Sequence record: MK310184
Reading direction: 5' to 3' (one strand)
DNA from: Phage NC-G
Length of the DNA stretch: 64,000 bases
Shown piece by piece: positions 43,410-52,755 of the stretch; positions within the stretch are counted from its first letter, which is position 1; each line of letters starts with the position of its first letter. The notes beneath the pieces were generated by a model. It ran no database searches. It was not told where the DNA came from and was given only the letters and a program-made list of their open reading frames with translations. The position numbers and the translations under genes were made by a program.

Positions 43410-44013
43410 TGCGTATTCGTTCCCACATTTTGGAGGCTGCTTTAGAAGCAGAGCCAGGAAGTTTACCTTTGACCCACCCATCAGGAATATTAGATGGATT
43501 AATCAGTTTATGTTCTATTCCGTTATTATACCACTTCCTGCCCTTATTATGACTAGATGCTTTATAATTAGGCGAACGGCCCTCTACATATCCTTCAGGA
43601 ACCGTGGGTGCAAAGGTTTGTTCTAATGTAGCAGGATTATAGGAATGGATATATCCCTTGGCATTATGAGAACCATAAAGAGGATGCTGTTCTTTAGGTA
43701 GCGAAAGCCCAAAGAACCCTTTAGGGGCTGCAATAGACCTATTAAAGAACAGAGGGTTTTGAGCTGCATCCATTCTTAATTGGTACGTTCTTTCAGCTTC
43801 TAAAGCCTCTTCTCTTGTAGGGTGTTCACTTACAATACACGAGTCAAATAATTCAGGATGCTCTAAAAGCTCCTTGTTATAGATTTCTTTATATGCTTTA
43901 GAAAGAACACTCCCATGGTATCCTTTTAAATGCTTCTCTAAAGTAGTGGACCCTATATAAAACGGTGGAAGCTTAGTCCCGGAATATATTGTCAGGTATG
44001 TGATGTATTTCAT
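43396..44013 (-). CDS. hypothetical protein, possible GIY-YIG endonuclease (alpha-gt slot)
   Basis: 205 aa; N-terminal TIYSG..(8)..YIGST resembles GIY-YIG; C-terminal KWYNNGIE-type motif. Confidence 0.45.
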   Translation of the reverse strand: MKYITYLTIYSGTKLPPFYIGSTTLEKHLKGYHGSVLSKAYKEIYNKELLEHPELFDSCIVSEHPTREEALEAERTYQLRMDAAQNPLFFNRSIAAPKGFFGLSLPKEQHPLYGSHNAKGYIHSYNPATLEQTFAPTVPEGYVEGRSPNYKASSHNKGRKWYNNGIEHKLINPSNIPDGWVKGKLPGSASKAASKMWERIRNENS

Positions 44014-44040
44014 AGATTTATTTTATCATCCGAATATAAA

Positions 44041-44064
44041 GCAAAAAAGGAGCCTAAGCTCCTT
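44041..44064 (-). terminator. intrinsic terminator
   Basis: AAGGAGC-UUAG-GCUCCUU (44047-44064) followed by UUUUUGCUUU. Confidence 0.55.
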
Positions 44065-44227
44065 TACCAACTAATACACCATACAGAGGTTCGCGATTAG
44101 ACGTGAACTTGATTTTCTTATACGTAATAGTACCTTCATTTTCTGCTTTAATACGAGTGGCTTCAAATTGAAGTATCATCTCATTTTTGTCAGATTTAAT
44201 CTTATCAAAATCCATCGAATTCGTCAT
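44054..44227 (-). CDS. hypothetical protein (57 aa)
   Basis: ATG 44227 with AAGAGG RBS; stop inside terminator stem; below track size cut-off. Confidence 0.35.
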   Translation of the reverse strand: MTNSMDFDKIKSDKNEMILQFEATRIKAENEGTITYKKIKFTSNREPLYGVLVGKGA

Positions 44228-44316
44228 TCATAAAACCTCTTAAACTTTTTCGTATTCGTCATTCATAAGCTTAAAAATCCGGGTGTTCGTCTTTCATTAG
44301 CCACCTGTCCACGTTA

Positions 44317-44517
44317 TCATCGTTGCCACCATTTTTTAAGTTGATGTGAATCCACCCAAACCTTGGCTACAGGCTCAATCTGAAAAATTCCATCAGAATA
44401 TTGGCCCATCATTTTATATTCGGTTTCGGACTGCTTAATACAGATATTACCGTATGAGCGAAGTCTAAAGGCGGCTCCAATAAGAAGCCGTTTAAAGGGT
44501 TTATTTACTAGAGCCAT
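44317..44517 (-). CDS. hypothetical protein (66 aa)
   Basis: track ORF. Confidence 0.45.
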   Translation of the reverse strand: MALVNKPFKRLLIGAAFRLRSYGNICIKQSETEYKMMGQYSDGIFQIEPVAKVWVDSHQLKKWWQR

Positions 44518-44812
44518 TGACGATTTCCCAAATTTGTTTGCGGGTAGATTCCCACATCAATTGAACAAGTTCATCAGTAACAGGTTGACGGTAAATACCG
44601 CGTAATTTAATTAAAGCGTACTTATATGCTTCAAAGTTGTTTTCAAGTACAGCGCCTTGGGCATGGAGATTTAAACGACGGATTTCACGAGCATTCTTCT
44701 TAAGAATCTTAGCCGCTTGCGAATTAGCTTCTTTAATATTGTGCTCTTCTAAACGTTGCTGGGCTTCTTCAATTTGCTCATCAGTCAATTGAGAAATGTC
44801 ATGGCTTTGCAT
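44501..44812 (-). CDS. hypothetical protein (103 aa)
   Basis: track ORF. Confidence 0.5.
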   Translation of the reverse strand: MQSHDISQLTDEQIEEAQQRLEEHNIKEANSQAAKILKKNAREIRRLNLHAQGAVLENNFEAYKYALIKLRGIYRQPVTDELVQLMWESTRKQIWEIVNGSSK

Positions 44813-44813
44813 A

Positions 44814-45065
44814 TTAATCCTTTGGAGTCAATTCAATAGTGAAGTAGAAATTAGCGTTCTCAACATGATAACGATAATCTACGTTATTGTCAGGAGAAGT
44901 GAATTCAATATTCCTGACGTTAAGTGGGTCAATATCAATAGGAAGGCCTTTAACATCTCGTAATATCAATTTAATAAAATAAGGGAGTGCTTCGAAGTCT
45001 TCCATTCCATCTAAAAGTGGAGTGATATTAATCTGATGTTCCATATAAAAAATCCAGTTCACCAA
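44814..45065 (-). CDS. hypothetical protein (83 aa)
   Basis: track ORF; start likely internal because it overlaps gene 55 end. Confidence 0.45.
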   Translation of the reverse strand: MVNWIFYMEHQINITPLLDGMEDFEALPYFIKLILRDVKGLPIDIDPLNVRNIEFTSPDNNVDYRYHVENANFYFTIELTPKD

Positions 45066-45585
45066 CTTTAGGTTCAGCGCTCTTATCAGACCCTGGTGCT
45101 TTAGTTAAAGAGGTTTCATACTGTGTCATTTTATCGTAGATATCTTGGATAAAGGTTTCATCTGCAATACCTACCATGTCGTCGTCATTAGCGTCATAAA
45201 CGTTATGGACGAAGTAGCTGTATTTCTTTGCCATTTCTTTACGTTCTTTTTTGATACGCTGAACGAAGGCATTAAAACAAGCCATAGTGATATATGCATG
45301 TGGGTTGTCGTATTTTGTTTCGTCGAAGTTGTGAAGACCTTTAATCGAAGCTTCGATTCCATCAGCAATCATTTCTTGCTTCCAGGATTGGGTATATCCT
45401 GAGAAGTTGAAACGCTTAGAAAGGCCTTCAGCAATGAGCATAATAGCCAAGCCGATAACGTCGTTCTGACGAACTATTTTATTAGGGTCGGTATTTTCTC
45501 GGAGCTCCGTTTTCCACTGGGTAATGGCTTTAAGAAGCTCCTTATTATTTACATAGTTATTTTTAGTCAGTTTAATTTCGGTCAT
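45028..45585 (-). CDS. 55: late sigma factor gp55
   Basis: 185 aa; long blocks matching recalled T4 gp55 ([52 protein letters not shown]). Confidence 0.92.
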   Translation of the reverse strand: MTEIKLTKNNYVNNKELLKAITQWKTELRENTDPNKIVRQNDVIGLAIMLIAEGLSKRFNFSGYTQSWKQEMIADGIEASIKGLHNFDETKYDNPHAYITMACFNAFVQRIKKERKEMAKKYSYFVHNVYDANDDDMVGIADETFIQDIYDKMTQYETSLTKAPGSDKSAEPKVGELDFLYGTSD

Positions 45586-45651
45586 TGTTACCTCAGATAA
45601 CTCAAATCATAGGTCTATTATATCATAGTATTTGGAGACCTGTTTAAAGCA

Positions 45652-45915
45652 TCAACGGAGTAAGCAATAAGCCTGAAATACCGTTTCAAGGATTTGTGTG
45701 AATTCAGGATAAGAAATTGTATCGGTACATCCATGTTCAGACATATATCCGCAAAATTCTTTAAAAAGTTCTGGATAATCTCGTTGGTTGTATTTAGAGA
45801 TATGAGACTTCCATACTAAAGAAGTCTCGCCACAAACAAACTCCACATCCATACAGTTATCTATTAAGAAAAATCCTAGACCTTCATAAGCGAGGGTGGT
45901 GGATATAGGTTTCAT
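45652..45915 (-). CDS. hypothetical protein (87 aa)
   Basis: track ORF. Confidence 0.5.
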   Translation of the reverse strand: MKPISTTLAYEGLGFFLIDNCMDVEFVCGETSLVWKSHISKYNQRDYPELFKEFCGYMSEHGCTDTISYPEFTQILETVFQAYCLLR

Positions 45916-46178
45916 TGTAGGAATCTGGCTCCTTCTAGTGCATCGTCAAGATTATCAAACTCATCAACGTAATCAATACCACCAACCTCGTCTTTAGCGT
46001 ATAGCCAGTACTGTTTAAATTCATATTCGATAATAAAGTGATCGCCTTCGATTTGAAGTACATTGGCGTCATTAATTTGGACCGTATATCCAACTAGGCG
46101 GACATCATTAAGGATTTCTTCTTTCATGGTAATCATTTCCAGGTTTTTATCGTAATTAGAGAGTTTTATTTTAATCAT
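45912..46178 (-). CDS. hypothetical protein (88 aa)
   Basis: track ORF. Confidence 0.5.
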   Translation of the reverse strand: MIKIKLSNYDKNLEMITMKEEILNDVRLVGYTVQINDANVLQIEGDHFIIEYEFKQYWLYAKDEVGGIDYVDEFDNLDDALEGARFLQ

Positions 46179-46504
46179 TTCGCAGCCTTAACAATTTTCA
46201 GGTCAACGAATTTTTTCTTACGTTGGTTTTTCATACGACGAATAGTTTTATCTGTGATTTCACCCGGGTGCCAAGCTTTAGATTCAACACCAAAGGCAGC
46301 AACGTCAAACTCATCAAGGATATATTGAACCAGGATTTCACGAATACCATTCTTACCAATTTTCTGGTCTTTAGAACGCATGATTGGTAACAGTTCGGCA
46401 ACCCATTGGTCGAGAATTTCAGGAGTCACAAAACCTGTATTCATCAGTTCGTTTACTTTATCGAAAGCGAAAGAGTTCAGCACGTTTTTGATTGCTTGTG
46501 ACAT
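46175..46504 (-). CDS. hypothetical protein (109 aa)
   Basis: track ORF; first gene after early promoter. Confidence 0.55.
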   Translation of the reverse strand: MSQAIKNVLNSFAFDKVNELMNTGFVTPEILDQWVAELLPIMRSKDQKIGKNGIREILVQYILDEFDVAAFGVESKAWHPGEITDKTIRRMKNQRKKKFVDLKIVKAAK

Positions 46505-46542
46505 AATAATTTCCTCAGTTTAAATTTATAATCCGTAGGACC

Positions 46543-46572
46543 ATTATACTCTGATCCCAAGAGTTTGTAAAC
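46543..46572 (-). promoter_or_regulatory. early promoter
   Basis: -35 GTTTAC 46567-46572, 18-bp spacer, -10 TATAAT 46543-46548; similar to ndd promoter. Confidence 0.55.
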
Positions 46573-46772
46573 TATTTTTGTTTTAGTGCGCCTTTCCAGC
46601 CTTCGTACATCATTGCAGCTGAAATTAATATTGCTCCTGAGCATTTTGAATATTTGTTATTCCAAAACCAGTTAAGAAATACTTCGTCATCAATACCTTG
46701 GGCTATCATATTTTCAAAGAATTGACGACGGGCTTCAGCAATACGTTGTGATAATTTAGATTCAGGATTCAT
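46572..46772 (-). CDS. hypothetical protein (66 aa)
   Basis: track ORF. Confidence 0.45.
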   Translation of the reverse strand: MNPESKLSQRIAEARRQFFENMIAQGIDDEVFLNWFWNNKYSKCSGAILISAAMMYEGWKGALKQK

Positions 46773-46904
46773 TTAAATTTTCCAGTTACCGTTTTCATCA
46801 ATAAATTTAATCCAGTCATTTACTGACCACTTAGTCGTATCGCCTTTTGGAGCAGAATTTAAAGTATACAACCCTTGCTTAAAAAGCATTCGTTTGATAT
46901 TCAT
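46773..46904 (-). CDS. hypothetical protein (43 aa)
   Basis: track ORF trimmed to ATG 46904 (GAGGAA RBS) to remove overlap. Confidence 0.35.
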   Translation of the reverse strand: MNIKRMLFKQGLYTLNSAPKGDTTKWSVNDWIKFIDENGNWKI

Positions 46905-46911
46905 ATTTTCC

Positions 46912-47205
46912 TCAGCTATAACGATAACATTCGTTTGATTTACGTTTTGCAACTCGATGAGAAGTATTGTAATCAGGTTCATCGTCACTGTAAACATCTT
47001 TTTTCAGCTTTCTCACTTCTTTACGAAGTTGGCGGTTCATTTCATTCTTAACTTCAGAATCAACACCACGCATACGTTTCCATTTGTCTGAACGGAAGAT
47101 ATTTTCTTCAACTCGTTCCTGACTTACACCGTCGGGTGCTTTACGACGTCCTGAATAACAAAAATCTTTTACAGACAATTCTTTACGACGGATAGTTTTA
47201 CCCAT
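46912..47205 (-). CDS. hypothetical basic protein (97 aa)
   Basis: track ORF trimmed to ATG 47205 with GAGGTAA RBS. Confidence 0.45.
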   Translation of the reverse strand: MGKTIRRKELSVKDFCYSGRRKAPDGVSQERVEENIFRSDKWKRMRGVDSEVKNEMNRQLRKEVRKLKKDVYSDDEPDYNTSHRVAKRKSNECYRYS

Positions 47206-47212
47206 AGTTACC

Positions 47213-47461
47213 TCAGCAGTTAGCATCAATAAGATTTTTAATGTATTGGATATCGCGAATTCCTAAATCCAATTTAATATCTTCAAGGCGGTCGCCTAAA
47301 GTAAGAAATGTTACGTGTTTCCAATTCTTAACAGGACAACAATAAGTTTTAGGGCCGTTAGCGATTTCAATATTTTTATCTGTGATAGTAATAAAAATCA
47401 AACGTTCGTCATCAAGATTCAGGGTAATAACATTTCTCTTTGCGTGTATTTTCAGGCTCAT
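47213..47461 (-). CDS. hypothetical protein (82 aa)
   Basis: track ORF. Confidence 0.45.
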   Translation of the reverse strand: MSLKIHAKRNVITLNLDDERLIFITITDKNIEIANGPKTYCCPVKNWKHVTFLTLGDRLEDIKLDLGIRDIQYIKNLIDANC

Positions 47462-47640
47462 GATTTAATTTCCTTTGCTACTGAACAAAACACAGAACGG
47501 TCACACACCATAAGTGGAGCTTCAGGCCGGCTCAAAGGTTGATACCATACATCAAGAACGGTCACCTTAGTTACCTGGACAGGGTAGCCATTTACTGAAT
47601 AATACTGGTCAACTTTAATTTCTTTATCTTGGATAGTCAT
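47458..47640 (-). CDS. hypothetical protein (60 aa)
   Basis: track ORF; GAGGAG RBS; first gene after early promoter. Confidence 0.45.
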   Translation of the reverse strand: MTIQDKEIKVDQYYSVNGYPVQVTKVTVLDVWYQPLSRPEAPLMVCDRSVFCSVAKEIKS

Positions 47641-47669
47641 AATGTTCTCCTCATGTGTTGATAGGATAG

Positions 47670-47698
47670 ACTATACCACGTGAGGAGAGGAAGTAAAC
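47670..47698 (-). promoter_or_regulatory. early promoter with RBS-complementary spacer
   Basis: -35 GTTTAC 47693-47698, 17-bp spacer, -10 TATAGT 47670-47675; inverted repeat ctcctcacgtg/cacatgaggag. Confidence 0.6.
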
Positions 47699-47699
47699 A

Positions 47700-48017
47700 C
47701 TAATCTTCAATTAAATCTCGGTCATAACCAAGTTCAATCAAAAGGGATTTGAAGGCAGGAATATTTTCTATTTTCTTATTATCGACAAATATGACAGGAT
47801 AGCGTATCGCTAAGCTCTTGAAGCCGCCGCGTTTGGCCAATGATACTATAAGAGGCTTGTCATATACTGCACCTGACGGCGCCTGGTTAATCACAGGATA
47901 GAAAGTATATTGAATGGAAAGGGAATTTAGGAGCGATAGAACTGCAATGCACCCTGGACAGCGCATGACTGTCTCAGGGATACCGTAGATTTCGATTTTA
48001 GTTGACTTTTGGTCCAC
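47700..48017 (-). CDS. glutaredoxin-like protein (NrdH/Grx fold)
   Basis: KIEIYGIPE..CPGC...YPVIFVDNKKI pattern; probable GTG start 48017 with GGAG RBS. Confidence 0.5.
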   Translation of the reverse strand: MDQKSTKIEIYGIPETVMRCPGCIAVLSLLNSLSIQYTFYPVINQAPSGAVYDKPLIVSLAKRGGFKSLAIRYPVIFVDNKKIENIPAFKSLLIELGYDRDLIED

Positions 48018-48294
48018 AGGAAATAACTCCTTGGTAGTCCCAAGTTTTGATAACTTCGTCGTCATTAGTTCCGTACGGAACGTAAATCTGGATAAGGAAC
48101 CCGGTATCATCAAAAGAGAAGTAGACCGTAGGTTTAATACCATGAATCTCTGATAAAGCGTAGATGTCCTTGAGGTCGTCTTCCTTACCTTTAAAGAATT
48201 CAGGGTTCAGGTCGCAGTCATGGAAGTACCAATCATCACCGAACTTGTCCCATGCGGTCCAATTCAAAGCTACATATTCTTCAAAACGTTTCAT
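47998..48294 (-). CDS. hypothetical protein (98 aa)
   Basis: track ORF. Confidence 0.5.
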   Translation of the reverse strand: MKRFEEYVALNWTAWDKFGDDWYFHDCDLNPEFFKGKEDDLKDIYALSEIHGIKPTVYFSFDDTGFLIQIYVPYGTNDDEVIKTWDYQGVISCGPKVN

Positions 48295-48518
48295 TCTTTC
48301 ACCTTCACCATTTTTGCTATAACACTATGAACAGCCTGGATTCGTTTGTTGAACTCAGACCCTTCAAGACCCTTTTCAGTACTCAGCGCACCAATCATCA
48401 CAAACAGCAATCCAAATGGGATAACCAGGATTAAAAGGCACACAATAAACAGGACAAATGTAATATTGGCCAAGATATCAGAGACAGCATTACGAAATTT
48501 ATTCATACGATAGTCCAT
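48291..48518 (-). CDS. small membrane protein (75 aa)
   Basis: track ORF; central hydrophobic helices. Confidence 0.45.
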   Translation of the reverse strand: MDYRMNKFRNAVSDILANITFVLFIVCLLILVIPFGLLFVMIGALSTEKGLEGSEFNKRIQAVHSVIAKMVKVKE

Positions 48519-48612
48519 GTATTAGTTACAACAAATAACCATTGAGCAGGATACTCAACACCCATGCGCCGGATAATATCATTCATAGATTCGGTTAAGG
48601 CATAAAAATTAA

Positions 48613-49086
48613 TCATTTAAGCGATTTCCTCAGTTGTTTTTTAAATGAATCAACCATTTGTTTCTTTGTGTCAGATTCATTATAAGTCATTCCGTGTGAA
48701 AGCATTTCAGCAATCATTTCTTCCTTACCTAATCTACTGAACTCTTTGGTTTTATCAGGAACGAAATTAGGATGGATATTGTTTTCGGTATAATCAGCTT
48801 TTAGATAGACCAGCAAATTCTCTAACCATTCGAGGTAGTCAACGTTTTGACCTTTAAGACCAGAACGGTTGAACTTATGCTTCATTTGTCCTTCTGCAGC
48901 ATTGCACAGGTTACATAGTAAACCACGAACCTTACCGGCTTTTGGCCCGTTCAATTCATGGTCGTGGTCAAGGTGGTTACTTTGAACATCAGGGTTTAAT
49001 TCACGTTTACAAATCAAACACTTACCATGTTGTGCATCATAAAGTTTTTGTTTTTCTTCTTTGTATAGTTTGCCAGTCAACAACAT
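48613..49086 (-). CDS. 49: endonuclease VII (Holliday junction resolvase) gp49
   Basis: 157 aa; near-identical blocks to recalled T4 endo VII (HLDHDHELNGPKAGKVRGLLCNLCNAAEGQ). Confidence 0.92.
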   Translation of the reverse strand: MLLTGKLYKEEKQKLYDAQHGKCLICKRELNPDVQSNHLDHDHELNGPKAGKVRGLLCNLCNAAEGQMKHKFNRSGLKGQNVDYLEWLENLLVYLKADYTENNIHPNFVPDKTKEFSRLGKEEMIAEMLSHGMTYNESDTKKQMVDSFKKQLRKSLK

Positions 49087-49297
49087 AATAAACCCTTACC
49101 ATTATTAGATAAGGGTATTTATTAAACATTATAAAATGAGCGATGCAACCGTTTAAATTGACGAATCATCTTTTTGGTAGGACGGGTGTATAATCCTACA
49201 CAGGTGGCCATAAACCGGTCGGTAGGACTTCCTTTGATAAGAAGTTTCCAGACCTTGTCACCATTTAACTTTTCAGTATAGACTAATTTAGTTTTCA

Positions 49298-49513
49298 TCA
49301 GAACGCCTTATCAGCAAAGCGAAGTTGAGCTTCAAGCCAATGAATATAATCGGCTGCAGCTTTAATCAAATCGGATTCTAGGTCAGGTAACTTACGGGAA
49401 TCCGATAACTCGTAAAGCGAATGTTCAATCAGACGGCCTTTATGTCGACCAATTTCAATTTTGGTACTCATATCCAAACTCCATATCGATGAAATCATTG
49501 TTTGAAGGTTCAT
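49298..49513 (-). CDS. hypothetical protein (71 aa)
   Basis: track ORF; overlaps neighbour, true start uncertain. Confidence 0.4.
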   Translation of the reverse strand: MNLQTMISSIWSLDMSTKIEIGRHKGRLIEHSLYELSDSRKLPDLESDLIKAAADYIHWLEAQLRFADKAF

Positions 49514-49688
49514 TATACTCTATTTCGGAATCGTTGTAAACCGGTTCCTCTGGCTCGGTAGTTTCCCACCGAGCGACATACCATGGCTTAACGGTCACAC
49601 CACCAACTTGATACTTCAAAATCAGGCTCGCCATTTTCCCAATACCAAGGGCCAACCGGATGCCAATCGCCATGCTCATCTTCTTCAA
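49455..49688 (-). CDS. hypothetical protein (77 aa)
   Basis: track ORF; overlaps both neighbours, true start uncertain. Confidence 0.35.
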   Translation of the reverse strand: MKKMSMAIGIRLALGIGKMASLILKYQVGGVTVKPWYVARWETTEPEEPVYNDSEIEYNEPSNNDFIDMEFGYEYQN

Positions 49689-49896
49689 ATTCTTCAGATT
49701 CTAGCCCAACGTATTGCCATTGGACTTCATAAGCAGTGCCACCGATTACAACAGTATTCTCGCCATATGGGTTAGCCACAACAAAATCAATACCTTCTGC
49801 TTTAGCCAACCAAACCATATATTCGTATAGTTTATATTCTAGGTCATCTTCGGTACCATCACCTAGAAAAATGGTTTGTTCGTTTAACCCAATCAT
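49588..49896 (-). CDS. hypothetical acidic protein (102 aa)
   Basis: track ORF. Confidence 0.4.
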   Translation of the reverse strand: MIGLNEQTIFLGDGTEDDLEYKLYEYMVWLAKAEGIDFVVANPYGENTVVIGGTAYEVQWQYVGLESEEFEEDEHGDWHPVGPWYWENGEPDFEVSSWWCDR

Positions 49897-50065
49897 AATT
49901 CCACCATAAATTCAAATAACTGGTCGCGTACACAAGTATCAGTCCAACCCCATTCGTTGGCTTCTTCTTTTAACCAATCCGGGAGATTTGCTAATACGGT
50001 TTCTTTACTAGGGACAGGAGTATCAAACTCTCCTGCACAGGTTTCATAAGCCGTATCAAATTCGG

Positions 50066-50329
50066 TCATTTGAAATATGCTCGCAGTTGGTCAAAGCCAC
50101 CAATAGAAGTTCCATCAGGGGCAAATACCTGAGGCATAGTCAAACCTACTTGAGATTCACGTCCAAGAGCAGCCAGGAGTTCATCAATCTTCTCATCATC
50201 AAATACACCTTTTTCCGGCATCACGTTAATGAATTCATAAGGTTGTTTCTTAACATCAAGCAGACGTTTGGCATTATCACAGAAAACACAACGGTGAATA
50301 TTTGAATCATAACCATAAACTTTAAACAT
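50066..50329 (-). CDS. nrdC: thioredoxin/glutaredoxin NrdC
   Basis: 87 aa; near-identical to recalled T4 NrdC (MFKVYGYDSNIH.CV.CDNAKRLL.VKKQP.EFIN.MPEKGVFDDEKI). Confidence 0.88.
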   Translation of the reverse strand: MFKVYGYDSNIHRCVFCDNAKRLLDVKKQPYEFINVMPEKGVFDDEKIDELLAALGRESQVGLTMPQVFAPDGTSIGGFDQLRAYFK

Positions 50330-50330
50330 T

Positions 50331-50582
50331 TTAAATTCCTAATACTTGTTTGAATGCTTCAGAACGGTCAAGTTCTGTTCCATATTTTTCGAGGTGTTCG
50401 TATTTTAAATCATACACATCAGATAGTATATTATTATACGAACGAGTTAAAGCAGATTTCAATACTGAATAACTGTCTGGGAATTTACCATGCTCTTTAT
50501 AATAAGCCAAAGTAAGTTCGCGAACCGCCTTATCGGCGGCCTCTACATATTCTTTACGCTTTGCCATTTTCGTCTCGCTCAA
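50331..50582 (-). CDS. hypothetical protein (83 aa)
   Basis: track ORF. Confidence 0.5.
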   Translation of the reverse strand: MSETKMAKRKEYVEAADKAVRELTLAYYKEHGKFPDSYSVLKSALTRSYNNILSDVYDLKYEHLEKYGTELDRSEAFKQVLGI

Positions 50583-50775
50583 ATTTGTGCTTACAATGTC
50601 GGCATTTATACTGAAGCGGATTATGACGCCATTGAATCAACTGAACCTGTTCAGTTCCACATTCAGGACAGTTAGGAACATTCTTAGAAGCTCGTTCGCG
50701 ACGTTCGACAATTTTAATAATTTGATTCCAATCAGGAATAGTTTGGTCGATATCATCGGCTAATTGATATTTCAT
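50554..50775 (-). CDS. zinc-ribbon protein (73 aa)
   Basis: track ORF; CPEC...CRHC motif. Confidence 0.5.
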   Translation of the reverse strand: MKYQLADDIDQTIPDWNQIIKIVERRERASKNVPNCPECGTEQVQLIQWRHNPLQYKCRHCKHKFERDENGKA

Positions 50776-51782
50776 TTCAACAGCTCCAGAGCTTGTTCAA
50801 GACGGTCTAAACGATTGGTAGACTCTTCCCAAAGTTTCTTGGCAGCGGTATATTGGGCAGTCAGTTTTTTGTTAATAGCAAGGGCGTCTTTATACGCTTT
50901 TTCCAGAGCAACTACTTCTGGCGGCTTGGATTTAGTAATTGGCGTAGGGACCAGTAGCCTTGGGCTATTCAGCTCATCAATCAAGTCTTCTAATGTAGCA
51001 GGCTCTTTATCGGTGTTCACAATTTCCTCACATTTTTCTTGGTAAATTTCAGCATCGGTTTTTGGAACAGGGCATTTGATTTCGCGAACTGTTACTAAAG
51101 CTTCATATCCTTTCCAACCTAACGGGTGTTTGATTTCTTGAATCTCATATTTCTCTACCGTATGCATCAAAGCTAAAGCCTGTTCTACAGTATTCAAGGT
51201 ATTGTAGGAAATATCTTGGTATTTAGAAACTTCGGCTTCATCTTTAGGTTTCCAACTAGGTGACCAGATAATAGAAATATGTACTTTACCATTTTTAGCA
51301 CAGGCTTTAATCATCTGGGGTGCTATTGGGTGGTTAGTACGGCAAACGCCCTTTACAAAAGTTTTGGCTGCAGCTTTAAGGATTAAAGCACTATTTGTAT
51401 GAAATTCACCGGCCCAACGTAAAGGAAATAGTCCCTTAGGGTCGGCACCTTTAATTTTGATATAGCTTTTTAAAACATCACCAAACCACTGGTAGTTAAC
51501 ATGACTAGTGCCGCAATACTTACCTTTACCAAATCCGGAAAGGAGGTCCTTATTGACCAAGCGTGAAAGCAGTCGAGACCCTTTAAAAGTTTCAATGATA
51601 TCAGAAATAAACAAGCGGCCTGCAATCTTTTCGATTTCAGATTTAAAACACCGTGACAAATCTTCATCAATTTGGTCAACCCATTTACTGATATTAGAAA
51701 CTATTACCTCATACGGTGTTAATGGTGGTGTATTGGTAGTGATATACGCAGTAAAGGCTTTGATATATTCGTTACGTGTCAT
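50772..51782 (-). CDS. hypothetical protein (336 aa)
   Basis: track ORF trimmed from GTG to ATG 51782 with GAGGAG RBS; first gene after early promoter. Confidence 0.6.
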   Translation of the reverse strand: MTRNEYIKAFTAYITTNTPPLTPYEVIVSNISKWVDQIDEDLSRCFKSEIEKIAGRLFISDIIETFKGSRLLSRLVNKDLLSGFGKGKYCGTSHVNYQWFGDVLKSYIKIKGADPKGLFPLRWAGEFHTNSALILKAAAKTFVKGVCRTNHPIAPQMIKACAKNGKVHISIIWSPSWKPKDEAEVSKYQDISYNTLNTVEQALALMHTVEKYEIQEIKHPLGWKGYEALVTVREIKCPVPKTDAEIYQEKCEEIVNTDKEPATLEDLIDELNSPRLLVPTPITKSKPPEVVALEKAYKDALAINKKLTAQYTAAKKLWEESTNRLDRLEQALELLK

Positions 51783-51809
51783 GATATTCTCCTCAGTAGA
51801 TTTAGAAAG

Positions 51810-51839
51810 ATTATACTCCACCCGTCCTTGGATGTAAAC
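51810..51839 (-). promoter_or_regulatory. early promoter
   Basis: -35 GTTTAC 51834-51839, 18-bp spacer, -10 TATAAT 51810-51815. Confidence 0.55.
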
Positions 51840-51840
51840 A

Positions 51841-52755
51841 TTATTTTAGAGCTAATACTGCCGCGCGGAGTTTGTCACGCTGGATTTCCATATTCTTGAT
51901 GCGAATCAATACGTCTTGAATACTCTTTTTCTCATCTTCGATCTGACCGTTTAAACGGTGGATTGATTCCTGGATGTAGTCTTCATGATACTTCTCAATA
52001 GGTTTCATCGTAGGGTTAGTAACCACCATAGAATTATCAGGTGTAATTTTCCACTGATATGGATTAGAATTGAATGGAGAAGGCACAGCGGTAGTTTTGA
52101 ATTTGTCATAGGCTGCATACTGGCCTACACTGTCACATGATACTGCAGAGATACGACGTTCCATTTGTGGTTCCTTTTGTTGGGATTGATAAGGGGCATA
52201 AGACAAAAGATATTCTTTAGTCAATTTAATATCAATTGCTATAGTTTTAAGGAATTTTTCTGTTTGATGGATATAATTTGTATCTTCATCAAACGTGTAT
52301 GCTTCAACGGCATGACGCATATAAAACAGCGCAATACCCATAACCTCTTTAAAGGCATCACAAAGGGCAACATCGCCTTTAGTAGTTGGCTTGAACTTAA
52401 TCTGCACCCCATCATTCTTGATATTGATAATCAAGTTATTGGAGTTGAAATTATAGTTTTTGATGTTAACCGAAGCTTTACGAATACGAAGTCCGCCAGC
52501 CAGGATTTCCTTGATGCTCTTGCGAACTGTGGCACCAAACAAAAACGCCGGGCGGCGGCAGTAATCATTCAGAGAATTAATTCTTACAATACGTTGTCCA
52601 TACCCCTGGGTGGCAGAACCTGATTTAATTTTGCCAAAGTTAACCAGAGAATTCATCGCGATAAGACGAGTCACACGAACATCATGTGGTTCATAACTAC
52701 TAGTATATTCAGCACGAGTTTTAATTTTCATATCATAGTCCAAATAATTTTTCAT
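51841..52755 (-). CDS. hypothetical protein (304 aa)
   Basis: track ORF. Confidence 0.6.
   Translation of the reverse strand: MKNYLDYDMKIKTRAEYTSSYEPHDVRVTRLIAMNSLVNFGKIKSGSATQGYGQRIVRINSLNDYCRRPAFLFGATVRKSIKEILAGGLRIRKASVNIKNYNFNSNNLIINIKNDGVQIKFKPTTKGDVALCDAFKEVMGIALFYMRHAVEAYTFDEDTNYIHQTEKFLKTIAIDIKLTKEYLLSYAPYQSQQKEPQMERRISAVSCDSVGQYAAYDKFKTTAVPSPFNSNPYQWKITPDNSMVVTNPTMKPIEKYHEDYIQESIHRLNGQIEDEKKSIQDVLIRIKNMEIQRDKLRAAVLALK

Noticed and set aside
44220-44268. 14-bp direct repeat ttcgtcattcataa (two copies 35 bp apart)
   Set aside because: Short and AT-rich; may reflect duplicated start regions of small ORFs but there is too little evidence to call a functional repeat.
45601-45650. MotA box upstream of gene 55
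   Set aside because: ATGCTTTAA is present, but 22 bp from the TATAAT (14 bp from an alternative TACTAT), outside the 11-13 bp window; not called.
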